This document shows positions 37,388-52,100 of a DNA stretch of 64,000 nt, one piece after another. The notes beneath the pieces are model-generated. The model had not been told where the DNA came from. It did not search any database and saw only the letters and a list, made by a program, of their open reading frames with translations. Origin of the DNA: Okamejei kenojei (lineage: Eukaryota); the NCBI GenBank assembly GCA_035221665.1, contig JAVHYY010000112.1:496001-560000 (forward strand), in the 5' to 3' direction. A program made the position numbers and the translations under genes. Positions within the stretch are counted from its first letter, which is position 1. The number at the start of each line of letters is the position of its first letter.

Positions 37388-40300
37388 TAGAAACATGGAA
37401 ACATAGAAATTAGGTGCAGGAGCAGGCCATTCGGCCCTTCGAGCCTGCACCGCCATTCAATATGATCATGGCTGATCATCCAACTCAGTATCCTGTACCT
37501 GCCTTCTCTCCATACCCCCTGATCCCTTCAGCCACAAGGGCCACATCCAACTCCCTCTTAAATATGGCCAACAGAATGGCCTCAACTACCTTCTGTGGCA
37601 GATAATTCCACAGATTCACCACTCGCTGTGTGAATATACATGATCAGAATTGATACTCCTGACCATTTAACCGAAATGTTGCAGCATGTAACCAATACGA
37701 TTGGTAGCTGGAAGTTTACGAGATCTGTTGCTAGGTAGATTTTTATATTTTGTTAGTGGTAAATTACCATCAGCGTTTTCAGTGTTTAAATAGCAGAATG
37801 GAAACGCTTCATTAATTTAGCAGCACGATCGGCACAGATGTTTCCTTTCAGTTATATGGTGAGTGACGTGTTTCCTTTCAGTTACTCTTGCCCACCGTTC
37901 ACAATGAAATGTTTTGTCATCGACCACTGAAAATGTAGAAGAAGGAGGATAATCTGATTCGGCAGAAACATAAGTGCATGCATTCCCTGTGCTATTAGTC
38001 ATTCTATCAATTATTCCATGCGCACTCTTGTGATAATAAGGAGCATCTGTGCAGAGCTACATGAAAACAAACAATTAGAGGGAAGTATGAGGCGTCAATA
38101 AAGTTAATTTGGTTTTCCCTACTTGGATTTAATGGACTGTTGTGGTCACGTAGACGAAATGGGGAACATGATCTATATGGCACCGATTTAACATTAATTA
38201 GATGTTACATAGGCAGAGAAAAGTTAACATATACATCGCATAAGTGGGCCGTTCTATCTCAGATTACAGGTTGGAAACATAGAAACATAGAAACTTAGAA
38301 ATTAGGTGCATGCTTAGGCCATGCGGCCTTTCGAGCCAACACCACCATTCAATATGATGATCATCCAAAATCAGTAACGTTTTCCAGATCCCCCCCCCCC
38401 CCCATATCCCTGGAATCCTTCAGTGCTAAAAGCTAAATCTAACTCTCTCTTGAAAACATCGAGTGACTTGATCTCCCCTGCCTCCTCTGGCAGATAATGC
38501 CACAGATTCACACCTTCTATATGAAAACGGTTCTCCTCCCATCAGTCCTATCCCTTAATCTTAAACTGTGACCCTTCCTTCAGGGCTCCCCCAACATCGG
38601 GAACATTATGCCTGACCAGTCCAATCCTCTAAGAATCTTATATGTTTCTACAGTTTGAAAGAGAGCCCTTTGATAGAGCTCTAGGGGCTAGTGGAGTCAA
38701 GGGATATGGGGAGAAGACAGGCACGGGTTATTAGGGGACGATCAGCCATGATCATAATGAATCCCCTCTCGTCCTACGAAATTCCAGCGAATACAAACCC
38801 AGTCGCTGCATTATTTCATCATACGTTAATTCCGTATTAACATGCTGAACCCATGCTGCAATCACTCAATAGCAATAATGCCCTTCCTCATATTAGGGGA
38901 TACAAATGGCACACATTACTCCAGGAGCGGTCTTACCAGGCCTCTGTACAATTGCAGTAGAACCGCCTTGCACCTAGAATAAAATCCTCTCGCTATGAAG
39001 ACCAACCATTTGCTTTCTTCACTGTCTGCTTTCCCTGCATGCTTAGTTTCAGTGACTAATGTACAAGGAACCCACGTCTCGTTGCACTCCCCCTCTCTTA
39101 ATCCGACACTATTCAGGTAATAACTCCATTCTAGTTTTGCCCCCAAAGTGGATAACATCACATTTATTCACATTATACTGCATCTGCCTTACTTCTTCCC
39201 ACTCACCCAACCGCAACCCGATAGAATTTTCCTCGCAGCCTACACTGCCACCCAGTATTGTGTCACCGGCAAACCTGCACCTGTGACATTTAATTCTCTT
39301 AATTAACCCCCTTTGCCTCTGTTGAATTCCAAATGTCTCCCAGTCCTTCGGTGTGCTGCTTCCTCTGGCAAATTTTCTTGCCTTTTTCTTGGATTTAACA
39401 TGATCTTCAAGATCTATTTGAGAATGTTCAGTCGCAGACCACTGAGCAGTGCGAGAGAAGCATTCATGAGAAACAATGGAAATGGCTCATTTCGCTATCT
39501 AACCGTCGTTGCCGCTTGTGAATATATTTAATTTAAATTTTTGAGATGCCACATGGAACCAGGCTCTTGTGCCCAACGTGTCCACGGCGAACATACCGTT
39601 CACACCAGTTCTTTGTTTTCACATTTTCTCATCCCAATCGAACATATAAATAGCATAAACACACAGCCCACGCACAGACAGGTACATCTATGTGATTTGG
39701 TTGGAAACTGACACAAACCTGGGTGGCATTGTTAGCTGTCAATAGGATGTTATGAGGTTGCAGGGTGGCCTGGACAGGTTGAGAGTGTGGGCAGATGCGT
39801 GGCAGATTCAGTATAATATCGATAAATGTGATGTCATACACTTTGATGGCAATAACAAGGGTACAGATTATTATCTGAATGGGGTTAGGTTTGGTAAGGG
39901 CAGGTACAGCTAGAGCTGGCTATCTTGTACACCGGTCATTGAAAGTTGGCGAGCAGGTACAGCGGGCAGGATTTCAGTGTAGGAATAGGGAGGTTCTTTT
40001 GCAGTTGTATATGGCTCAGTTAAGACCAAATCTGGAGCATTGTGTACAGGTTTGGCATCCTAATTTGAGGAAGGACATCCTTCTGATTGTGGCAGTGCAG
40101 CGTAGGTTTACGAGATTGATGCCTGGGATGGCGGGACAGTCGTATGAGGAAATATTGAAAAGACTAGGCTTGTATTCATAAAATTTTAGAAAGATGATTG
40201 GGATCTTATAGAAACATATAAAATATAAAAGGATTGGACAAGTTAGATGCAGGAAAAATGTTCCCAATAGTTGGGCAAGTCCAGCACCAGGGGCCACAGT

Positions 40301-41640
40301 CTTAGAATGAAGGGGAGGCTATTTAATGCTGAGATGAGAAAAAACTTTTCACCCAGAGAGTTGTGAATTTGTTGCATTCCCTGCCACAGAATGCATGGGA
40401 GGCCAAATCACTGGATGGATTGAAGAGAGAGTTAGAAAGAGCTCCAGTGGCTGTTGGAATCAAGGAATCTGGGGAGAAGGCAGGCACCGGTTATTGATTA
40501 GGGGCGATCAGCCATGATCACAATGAATGGCGGTGCTGGCTCGAGGGGCCGAATGGTTTCCTACTGCACCTATTTTCTATATTTCTATGTTTCTGTGTTT
40601 CTATGAAACCCGAGCCCCCGGAGGAAATCTATGCGGTCATCGGGAGAATCCGCAATCTCCACACAGACAGCTGCCGAGGAAAGGATCGAACCTGGATTTC
40701 TGAAAGTGTTTGGCAGCAGCAGTACCACCTGTGCCACTGTTCATATTAGGATATGAGAAGGAGCATCACACTAAATACACGCTCCATGCGTTATATAGAT
40801 TATTGAGGGATCTCGTCGCCGCATTCAACCAATGCTGCCTTAGTCCCAGTGTATTTCATGGGAGAGAGTCAAGTGAACTTTGTCATTGGCGCTCGTCTAG
40901 AGTTACACTCTCCTATAATATTTGTTTGAAAAAACAACCGTTGCGGGGGCTTTGCTCAGTATATCAGCGATACATTCCGTTGCTCTTGTTGAATTTGAAC
41001 GAACAATGTTTATGGAAATAATTGGTGTCATTGTCCGCGAAATGATTCCAGCTGATATAGAAATATCGAAACATAGAAATATTGAAAATAGATGCAGGAG
41101 AAGGACATTCGGCCCTTCGAGCCAGCACCGCCATTCATTGTGATCATGGCTGATCTTCCGCTATCAATAACCCGTGCCTGCCTTCTCACCATATCCCTTG
41201 ACACCACTAGCCCCTAGAGCTCAATCCAACTCTCTCTTAAATCCATCCAGTGATTTAGCCTCCACTGCTCTCTGTGGCATGGAATTCCATAACTTCACAA
41301 CTTTCTGGGTTAAAAAGTTTTTTTTCTCATCTCAGTCTTAAATGACCTCCCCTTTATTCTAAGACTGTGGCTCTGGTTCTGGACTCACCCAACATTGGAC
41401 TCACCCAGGAACATTTTTCCTGCATCTAGCTTGTCCAGTCCTTTCGTAATTGTATATGTTTCTATAAGTTCACCCCTCATCCTTCTAAACTACAGTGAAT
41501 ACAAGCCTTGTCTTTTCAACCCTTCCTCATATGACAGTCCCGCCATCCCAGGGATCAATCTCGTGAACCTACGCTGCACTGCCTCAATCACAAGAATGTC
41601 CTTCCTCAAATTAGTAGACCAAAACTGTACACAACTGTAC
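37388..41640. mobile_element. Cluster of CR1 fragments (37388-37635 -, 38275-39290 -, 39700-40605 +, 41060-41640 -)
   Basis: (ATAGAAAC)n tails and ORF2 C-terminal motifs. Confidence 0.85.
40605..40740 (-). mobile_element. tRNA-derived SINE head (HE1-like)
   Basis: Minus strand A-box-like GTGGCACAGGTGG and B-box-like GGTTCGATCC. Confidence 0.6.
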
Positions 41641-42738
41641 ACATTACCGGATATACCGGCAATGAGTAGCTGTGATAAAATGTTTCAATGTAGGATGGAT
41701 TCTGCAGTTTCAAATGAATTAACTTTTGACCGAACTGTAATCGATGTTTGTTCGATAGGCATTTTGTAACTTTCAAGGCGGCAGAAACATGGCGACCCTG
41801 TGTGCACTGCCGAGGTGAGGTCTGTTGTGCGATTTTACTATATTGTATGCAAAAATAAAGAATGTCACTATACCTAGGTGCATGTGGCAATAAATTACCA
41901 TTTAATAATTGAATCAATGAATCATTGATTTTGTTGCATTGTGGTGCATTATTTTTCTAAAATAAAACAATATATCCAACACGCGGGTGGACACATGAAT
42001 CGCAGCATTGGTCGATTTGTTAAATGTCTGTGTGCTCTGCCGAAGGAACATGGAAGCTAGACCCCCCACTGATCATCCAAGATATGTTGTAAATGTTCAC
42101 ACACGCCTACATTATATCATCCAGTGACGCAGAAGAGTTCACTTCAAGTACTCTGCTCGGTGTATCATGTATTCCATGCGCACTCTTGTCATAATAAGAA
42201 CCATCTGTGCAGAATCACATGAACACAAACAAGAGGGAAGTGTGCGGCGGTAATAAAGCTAATTTAGTTTCCTCCACTTCGATTTAATGGACTCCCTTAG
42301 TCTTGTAGAAGACACGGGGAACCTGATCGATATGTCAGCGAATTAAAATTAATTTGATATAACATAGGCAGACAAAAGGGTATTGAACCGAAACGTCACC
42401 CATTCTTTCTCTCAAGAGATTCTGCTTGTCCCACTGAATTACTCCAGCATTTTGAGTATATCTTCCGCTTATCGTTTGCAAAGGTTTATCCTGCCCAAAT
42501 CCACTCCTTTCCAGTTTTCTATCCACCCTGACGGCAATTAGTCAGAAAAATAGACCTTAGACAATAGACAATAGGTGCAGTAGTAGGCCATTCGACCATT
42601 CGAGCAAGCACCGCCATTTAATGTGATCATGGCTGATCATCCTCTATCAGTACCCCGTTCCTGCCTTCTCCCCATATCCCTGACTCAGCTATCATTTAGA
42701 GCCCTATCTAGTTCTCTCTCGCTCAGCTGCAGCAACAT

Positions 42739-43140
42739 TGTAATATGGTTAGCGCACCAACGTAACGTGTCACCACTGAATACACATCACTTTGAACCGG
42801 CCTGACGTCTCAGCTTTATTCACCACGTTTGGTGCCGCTACATTGGTGACCTCGACGCCCAAGAGTGTAATCTTGGAAGGGAAATGTTAAAAGAAAAAAT
42901 AATTCTGCCTCTGCTGCCTACAAAGCCGAGGAGGCCGCATTCAACGCGGTATCCCTGAAGCTGCCTACATTCTGGACCTCGCAGCCGAGGGTTTGGTTTC
43001 GACAGGCCGAATCCCAACTTCACATCAGCGGCGTTACAGCTGACGAGATTCGCTATCACTATGTGGTAAGCGCCCTTGACCAGCAGTCGGCCGGTCGGGT
43101 CATTCCTTACCTGGATAACCCAGCGGTCGTGGGGAAGCTT
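42739..43140 (+). mobile_element. Gypsy LTR-retrotransposon 5' fragment inside a CR1 3' end (42560-43420)
   Basis: Short TG...CA LTR (42739-42842), PBS TGGTGACCTCGACG (tRNA-Trp-like), gag start NAVSLKLPTFWTSQPRVWFRQAESQ..YHYVVSALD. Confidence 0.8.
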
Positions 43141-45389
43141 TGCGAGGTTGTACTCTCAGGCTCAGCTACCTGTTGACTGCTTTTTAAGGTCTCGTGTTGA
43201 GAGACCTTAAGTACCAGTATCAGTATACAAGCACAGCCGGTCCACTCACTCAGCACATGGCATTCCAGCCATCCCGGGAATTAACCTTTTAAACCTACGC
43301 TCCACTCCTTCAATAGTAAGAATGTCCTTCCTCAAATTAAGGGACCAAAACAGCACACAATACTCCAGGTGTGGTCTCACTAGGGCACCATACAACTGCA
43401 GGAGGACCTCTTTGCTCCTTACTTATCCACCTGATTGGAGAGTACGGCAAAATATCGATTATCGTACTCTTTTGAGTTCCTGGCATCTATGTCACAGACT
43501 GCTAATGCACTTTCATATTCTCTACCTCTCATTGCAGGTCAAGTGACGATTGAATGTTAAAAACCGCGTATTTTTATTGCCGGTATATAGACGTCGTTGT
43601 AAGCAAAGGAAATGTTCTAAGCTGAAGCGGACAATATCATAAGTAATAGTCCATTCTGTCGATCTGACTTGTTTGGTATTGCCTAGTTGCCTTTAATATA
43701 GCGCTAATGTATAATGTATTTTCTCAAACGGTATACGTTTCTTTTTTTAAATTTTTTTCTATACATTATCTTTTTCTTGAGCATGCGTCATGCTTGTGCC
43801 ATTCCTCCGTTGTATATAAAGTGGGGACCGCTGTTTGTGTGAAATCGTAAATTAATGTTAAATTCAGACACACTATCTATGCCTGTCATTATTCTAAAAA
43901 CTTGGATCGGGTTTTCCTTCAATACATGTTTATCCAACTTCTTCCTAAATCGGTTCCCCGTTCCTGCTTTCTCCCCATATCCTCTGATTCACTTAGGCAC
44001 TTGACGTATGTTGGGAAGTACAAGGTTTTGCTGGCGTTCAGTGCTGTTGGGTACTTGGCATTCAAGGATATTTGCTTTACTTTATATTATGGGTTGTTGG
44101 TTTGTTTGTATCCTTGTACTTACTGTACATATCATTTTTGAAAATAATTGATTAACATGATTAACATGTGAATGGAGATTAAACCATCGTTAATTATCAA
44201 CCAGGCTACTGCTGAATCCACCAGAGATGAAACCACGATCTTACCACGGATGAGAGGGTATCGATAGGGGATCGAGAGTATGGATTTAAAAGAGAGTTCG
44301 ATAGAGCTCTAGGGGCTGGTGGAGTCGGGGGATATGGGGAGCACGAAGGCACGGGTTGTTGATGGCGGACAATCAGCCATGATCACAATGAATGGCTCGA
44401 AGGGTCGAATGGCCTCCTCCTGCACCTATTTTCTATGTTTCTATGTTTTTTTCTTATACCTAATAACTCAAACCCCTGTAACATTCCAGTAAACATCTTC
44501 TGCATTTTCTCCAAAGCCTCCACATTATTCCTTCGAAGGGGCGACCTGACCTACAGAGAGTACTCCAGGTGCGACCTAACCGAAGTCTTGTAAATAAAAC
44601 GTAATGTAAATGCATGTGTAAATAGATACCCAACAATCCAACGCGTGCGCACATTCCACGTATGATCAAATATCGATTTACTAATTTTCTGCTCGATCGT
44701 CCTTTCCTTAATTCAGAGCTAACCTTCGAGCTGAATGTTCAGTGTGCACGGTCTCAGTGTCGAATTCAGTTGTTTTGACCACTTCGTGTTCTGCTTTTAA
44801 AAGCGTCTCTGTAATATGTTTTCTTTTAAATCATAAATAAAAGCGGAACTACAAAAAGCCTAACCTGGTTTGCAATGTTCGTTTCTCGAAGGACCAAACA
44901 CCTTGCACTAAATACGCTCTCGTATTTCTTCGTTCTCCCCCATTTCCCTGAATATATTTCTCTCAAATCTTCACTGACTGGTGGAACAGGAGTGCCTTCA
45001 ATTATGCGGCCAATGCGCGCTCGGCTGTCCGATGACGTTAAAGTCATATATATATTAATGCACTATATGCCAAAATTCCAGGAGAAGAATGACCACACAG
45101 GCGCTTTTCACAACCTCTCCTTATACAGTGGTTATGTTCAACAAATAGGCCGTCGTGACGAATTGTCTGCTCCACAGCACTAAGCAGTATAACCATACCT
45201 TCGTTATTTCAGGCGAATATACCAAAAACATAGTTCAAAGCAAGGAGAGTGCTCTACAGCCAACACCGGCCGAGAGATCAGCGAAGTATGTGGGTATGAC
45301 TCTGGGTGTGGTGTCTAGAACGGGCAAGAGACAAGGATATACATTAATAATTAATCGCCAGCATCTGGAATGAGCTGGAATCACATTAC

Positions 45390-48300
45390 TCCAGCGGATA
45401 GTAAGATTAGTTCAGATCGATTTGCCTGATACCCATCTTGTGTATGCTTTCACTTCGACATTGGTGCGGCCTTTGACGGCGAGTGAGTGAGGTAATATTG
45501 ACCCCCAAAATAAGAATAGCCCACACGGAGCCATAAAACCCCTCATCCTACTAGTTGGGTATCCTGGACTATTCTCGGCTGATTGCATTTGGCTTCTTCA
45601 GCGCACTATCAGGGTAACCGCAACTAAAGTTATTGGGCCCAGAGTAATTTGAATCGAGAGTGGGCCTACTTTCTGTAGCATAGTGCAACACCGACACAGA
45701 ATGGGTTTTGGGTTTTCGGACCTTACGTTGTTTGAATACTGATTAGGCCTGTCGTCATGGCGCCATGTATCGGACCCGCGTTTCCCTCCAGATAGACCAC
45801 CTGAGGAGACGTGGTTAGATGTTTTGCTGTTTTGCCACCAAAGTGGAAGGAAGTGGAAGCAGTAATATAACGTGCACTTGTTTCTTCGACACAGGGGCCG
45901 AATAGAATCCCTTATCGAGCATATAAAAGGGCACCTAATGTGCTTAGATTCTCGTGGAGATCGTGGTAGATATGTAGGTGGTCTAGGTCCGAATATGGAA
46001 ACCTCACATATCCTTATGTGGGTAAGGTACTGCTTCCTAGTGGACTCTCTCTTCACGCTGCTGTATGATGTCCATTGTCCTTTCTGTTGCAGATCTGGTT
46101 GCGTTTTCTGCAACACGTATCTGGTGAAGCAGAATGGGGGAAAACATAGAAAACCCATTTCCCCCCAATGTAGCGAGAAACCATCCATCGCCACTGCCCC
46201 ATGATCTGGTTCTCAAGAGACATATGTTGGTATCCGATGGTTCAACCTGGACGCAAGGAGATTAATACCAGGTATTCCATATTAGGCTATAGTTTAAGCA
46301 AATATTTGGAGGTTCAACATCCACTTGATGTCGTTATTAAATACTTGTGGCCTGGTGTCCGCCACTGTATTGAGCTTAACCGGAAGGTACGTAGCTGCTA
46401 TCCAAATACTTATTTCAATCCACTAGAGCCAAATTATTTTTCCCCATTTATCACAAGATATTGACTTGCTAACACCCATAAGGTTTAAATAAGCCACCTC
46501 AGTGGTATTATTGAAGACAGACATGCGTATGCTGCAGATTAGTGCATTAAGCCCGCAGCCCGTGACATGCTCCCAGCATTTCTAAACAGTTCTTACCTTG
46601 TGAATGAAGAAAAGTAGACTCGTGCAAATCCCATCTACCACCCCAACTGGAAATGGTGTCGGTAGCTCCCCAGCCCTTGTTGCTTGAGTCGGTTTGTAAT
46701 ACGACTAATGAGTTTGATGTAATGATGGGATTTAAGAATCACAAACATAGCTAATCCACATTTTTAACTGAATTTATGCATTGATTGGCGGCTGCATAGG
46801 CCCGTAAGAATGTCCAGCGTTCGCTTTTAATGCCGAGATTTTGATCTTTGCATGATCAATGTAATATCAATATCAATGTTGATAGTGCAACGGCCCAATT
46901 ATGTAGCTGGAATGTTGCTACCAGTTTAGCAATTATTTTAGCAGTATGTCTAATAGGCGGTTTCCTGGCGCAAGCAAGGCTGTTACATGCCTCTATTATG
47001 TCTATAGCTTTGTTCCCTGGGATAGTGACAATCAGCTCCCTTGCATCCCAGAATGTATATACGCGCTCTCCGACTTGTGAGGTTAAACATGCAGCACGTC
47101 CAAGAGAACCAGACCACCTTACATCCATGGTTACCGGCGGGCCTGACGTTCTGGTTCCTGGTGTTGCATTGAATTGTGTTGAGGTGCTGCCGGCGTGTAG
47201 GTCCTTACTGGTCTTTCAGGTGGCCCCCGACGTCTTGCATATGGTGTTTGTCTGCGCACTGCCGGCCTGCTGGAGGGAGGTGGGTTAATCAACCAGTCTG
47301 CCTTCGCCTCCTAATCCAGGTCCTAGACCTGTTTGGCCAGGTCCTCACCGAACAGGTGTCTCGGTGGTGGCGTTTCAGATGCCTAGTACAACCCCGCAAA
47401 TATGGGGTTTGGAGTCGGTTTGATGGCGATACTCCGGGAAGTGTTAACTTCATGACTAACATTGCAAGAACATCCTCCTGTTCTGCCGTCATTTCCATGC
47501 CGTCAACCGACCTGGCAAAGTGAGTAATCCCCGACGTCAGCAATTTCAGGATGTTTTAGGAATTTCAGCTCCTGTGCCCTATCCCCGGACTGATGTTGCC
47601 CCAGATGGGCGTGTTGACTGTCGGTACATTCAACAATATGTAGTTGTTTGGGCCTGGTATATGTTGATCGCCTCGGTAAAGACCTGTTCCGGCAGCTGGT
47701 GTGTGGTGAGGTAGTCTATGCTGGGCCCCTGGTTTGGGCTGAGTGCTTCGGCTGGGCGAACTTGGAGACCACATTCAGCAGTTCCTACTGGGTTTTCTCA
47801 GGTACTGTAGGTTCCTGTTCCAGTCCGTCTTACGTGTCAGCCAGCTGCTGATCCGTGGCATTCCCCACCGATGACCTGGACATGCTGGGTGGCCCAGCCG
47901 CATGTCTCCTGGACTGGAGGATATCTGGTCCAGGTGCAGAGGTTGTGCTCTAGGATACGCTCATCCGAGCCATGCTGCCGCCGCAGCATCTGCGGAGGAC
48001 AAGTCGACTTCCTCAGGTTCTGGAGAATCTCTGAGGCCCCGCACCTTGTTGAGTTGATAACAAGGGTGCCTAGACAGGATGTCGATGCCTGCAGCTTCTG
48101 CGTGGCTAACCCACTCGCGCGCGGACCTGCCGCTGGTCCGCCATCTTCCGGACGGAGGCGGCCCGCTATTTTGATAAGACATGAGCGGTGATGAGTCGGT
48201 ACCGGCCGCCGAAACGTGGTACCCCGTCGTCTGCGCGGGCTTGCCGCCTGTCCCGACGTTCGATCACATCCTGCCGCTAAAGGGGGGTGCGGTGACCGAG

Positions 48301-49160
48301 ATGAGACTACACCGGCCCGCGTTCTGGCAGGCTCCCCCGGCGGTGAGTCTGTGCCGGCCGCACATGCGGGCTTGCAGACCCAGGCCTGAATCCTTCACCG
48401 GTCCGTGAACTTGCGGCTGCTCCGGTGGAAAGTCGACCCGGCTCCCACAGCAGGGCTTCACCGACTGTTGTGCGATTCTTCCCCTGGTCCTCTCTCTGCT
48501 GACCTGCATAGTTGGGGAGAGAGAGCGTGCCGCCAAGCGAACAACACGTTTACACACCTTTGCTCCGCTGGCCTATGCTTAGGTGACAGTGGTAGGGTGT
48601 CAGGGTCTTGCCTACCCTGCTCCTGCGCGGTGTTTCTACCACTTTACGGCTTCATGGCCAGCCGTGGTGGAGAATCGGGTCCTGGCTGCTGCATGGCTCC
48701 CCGGTTTCCGCGTTCGTATCCCGGCCGGCAGAGCGGGCGCTGCCGGCGTTGCGGGCAGCTCCGGGAATAGTGGGCGCTGATTCCCATTCGAAGTCCCATG
48801 GCCCTGGGAGGCATACTTTGATGCCTTCATTCAGGTCTCCCATCCATTGTTTCTGTAAGCAAAGTCTAGTACAGAAGCTAAACAACTCAAGGTTAGTATC
48901 TTACCTGAGGGTCTTTATGAGCTTCCGGTGGAGGAGCGCACTCCCTCCCCCCCCCCTCCCCCCCCCCCTTCCCCAGCTCCAATGGTGACCAGATTTTCAT
49001 GCGGTACATAGACTGCCGCGAACGGCAAGGTTCCCGCCTGTGTGAGTCGGGGCCCCGGCTCTGTCTACTACCTCTATAGGGTAGCATAGCCGTTAGCCCG
49101 CGGTACACTTGCGGCTGCGGCACTGAGTCGGAGCTCCTGCTCTGCCTTCGCTACCCGCGA
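45390..49160 (-). mobile_element. Degraded DIRS-type (tyrosine recombinase) retrotransposon, main body
   Basis: gag-like LNVPTVNTPIW and FARSVDG..EQEDVLAML; RT/RNaseH-like IPGNKAIDIIEAC..IRHTAKIIAKLVATF; recombinase-associated RESTRKQY. Confidence 0.72.
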
Positions 49161-52100
49161 ATAGAAACATAGAGAAACATAGAAATTAGGTGCAGGAGTA
49201 GGCCATTCAGCCCTTCGAGCCTGCACCGCCATTCAATATGATCATGGCTGATCATCCAACTCAGTATCCCGTACCTGCCTTCTCTCCATACCCTCTGATC
49301 CCCTTAGCCACTAGGGCCACATCCAACTCACTCTTAAATATAGCCAATGAACTGGCCTCAACTACCCTCTGTGGCAGAGAGTTCCAGAGACTCACCACTC
49401 TCTGTGTGAAAAAAGTCTTTCTCATCTCGGTCTTAAAGGATTTCCCCCTTATCCTTAAGCTGTGACCCCTTGTCCTGGACTTCCCCAACATCGGGAACAA
49501 TCTTCCTGCATCTAGCCTGTCCAACCCCTTAAGAATTTTGTAAGTTTCTATAAGATCCCCTCTCAATCTCCTAAATTCCAGAGAGTATAAACCGAGTCTA
49601 TCAAGTCTTTCTTCATAAGACAGTCCTGACATCCCAAGAATCAGTCTGGTGAACCTTCTCTGCACTCCCTCTATGGCAATAATGTCCTTCCTCAGATTTG
49701 GAGTACGCAATACTCCAGGTGTGGTCTCACCAAGACCCTGTACAACTGAAGTAGAACCTCCCTGCTCCTGTACTCAAATCCTTTTGCTATGAAAGCTAAC
49801 ATACCATTTGCTTTTTTTTCACTGCCTGCTGCACCTGCATGCCTACTTTCAATGACTGGTGTACCATGACACCCAGGTCTCGCTGCATCTCCCCTTTTCC
49901 TAATCGGCCACCATTTAAATAATAGTCTGCTTTCCTGTTTTTGCCACCAAAGTGGATAACCTCACATTTATCCACATTATACTGCATCTGCCAAACATTT
50001 GCCCACTCACCCAGCCTATCCAAGTCACCTTGCAGTCTCCTAGCATCCTCCTCACAGCTAAACACTGCCCCCCAGCTTAGTGTCATCCGCAAACTTGGAG
50101 ATATTGCCTTCAATTCCCTCATCCAGATCATTAATATATATTGTAAATAGCTGGGGTCCCAGCACTGAGCCCTGCGGTACCCCACTAGTCACTGCCTGCC
50201 ATTGTGAAAAGGACCCGTTTACTCCTACTCTTTGCTTCCTGTTTGCCAGCCAGTTCTCTATCCACATCAATACTGAACCCCTAATACCGTATGCTTTAAG
50301 TTTGTATACTAATCTCTTATGTGGGACCTTGTCGAAAGCCTTCTGGAAGTCCAGATATACCACATCCACTGGTTCTCCCTTATCCACGCTGCTAGTTACA
50401 TCCTCGAAAAATTCCACAAAATTCGTCAGACATGATTTACCTTTCGTAAATCCATGCTGACTTTGTCCAATGATTTCACCACTTTCCAAATGTGCTGCTA
50501 TCCCATCTTTAATAACTGACTCTAGCAGTTTCCCCACTACCGATGTTAGACTAACTGGTCTGTAATTCCCCGTTTTCTCTCTCCCTCCCTTCTTAAAAAG
50601 AGGGGTTACATTTGCTACCCGCCAATCCTCAGGAACTACTCCAGAATCTAAAGAGTTTTGAAAGATTATCACTAATGCATCCACTATTTCCTGAGCAACT
50701 TCCTTAAGTACTCTGGGATGCAGCCTATCTGGCCCTGGGGATTTATCGGCCTTTAATCTATTCAATTTACCGAACACCACTTCCCGACTGACCTGGATTT
50801 CACTCAATTCCTCCTTTGACCCACAGTCCCCTGCTATTTCCGGCAGATTATTTATGTCTTCCTTAGTGAAGACGGAACCAAAGTAGTTATTCAATTGGTC
50901 CGCCATATCCTTGTTCCCCATGATCAACTCACCTGTTTCTGACTGCAAGGGACCTACATTTGTTTTAACTAACCTCTTTCTCTTCACGTATCTATAAAAA
51001 CTTTTGCAGTCAGTTTTTTATGTTCCCTGCCAGTTTTCTTTCATAATCTATTTTTCCTTTCCTAATTAAGCCCTTTGTCCTCCTCTGCTGGTCTCTGAAT
51101 TTTCTCCCAGTCCTCTGGTATGCTGCTTTTTCTGGCTACTTTGTACGCATCATCCTTTGCTTTGATACTATCCCTGATTTTCCTTGTTATCCACGGATGC
51201 ACTACCTTCCCCGATTTATTCTTTTGCCAAAACTGGGATGAACAATTTTTGTAGTTCATCCATGCAGTCTTTAAATGTCTTCCATTGTATATCCACCCGT
51301 CAACCCTTTTAGAATTAATTGCCAGTCAATCTTGGCCAATTCACGTCTCATACCCTCAAAGTTACCTTTCTTTAAGTTCAGAACCATTGTTTCTGAATTA
51401 ACAATGACACTCTCCATCCTAATGAAGAACTCAACCATATTATGGTCACTCTTGCCCAAGGGGGCACGTACAACAAGACGGCTAACTACCCCTTCCTCAT
51501 TACTCAAAACCCAGTCTAAAATAGCCTGCTCTCTCGTTGGTTCCTCTACATGTTGATTTAGATAACTATCCCGCATACATTACAAAAAATCCTCTTCCTC
51601 AGCACCCCTGCCAATTTGATTAACCCAATCTATATGTAGATTGAAGTCACCCATTATAACTGTTTTGCCTTTGTCGCACGCATTTCTAATTTCCTGTTTG
51701 ATACCATCCCCAACTTCTCTGCTACTGTTAGGTGGCCTGTACACAACACCCACCAGCGTTTTCTGCCCCTTAGTGTTTTGTAGCTCTACCCATACCGATT
51801 CCACATCCTCCAAGCTAATGTCCTTCCTTTCCATTGCGTTAATCTCCACTCTAACCAGCAACGCTACCCCACCTCCTTTTCCTTTCTCTCTATCCCTCCT
51901 GAATATTGAATATCCCTGGATGTTCAGCTCCCAGCCTACGTCACCCTGGAGCCATGTCTCTGTGATCCCAACTATATCATAATCATTAATATCTATCTGC
52001 ACGTTCAACTCGTCAACCTTATTACGAATACTCCTTGCATTGAGACACAAAGCCTTCAGGCTTGTCTTTACAACGCACTTACCCCTTATACAATTTTGCT

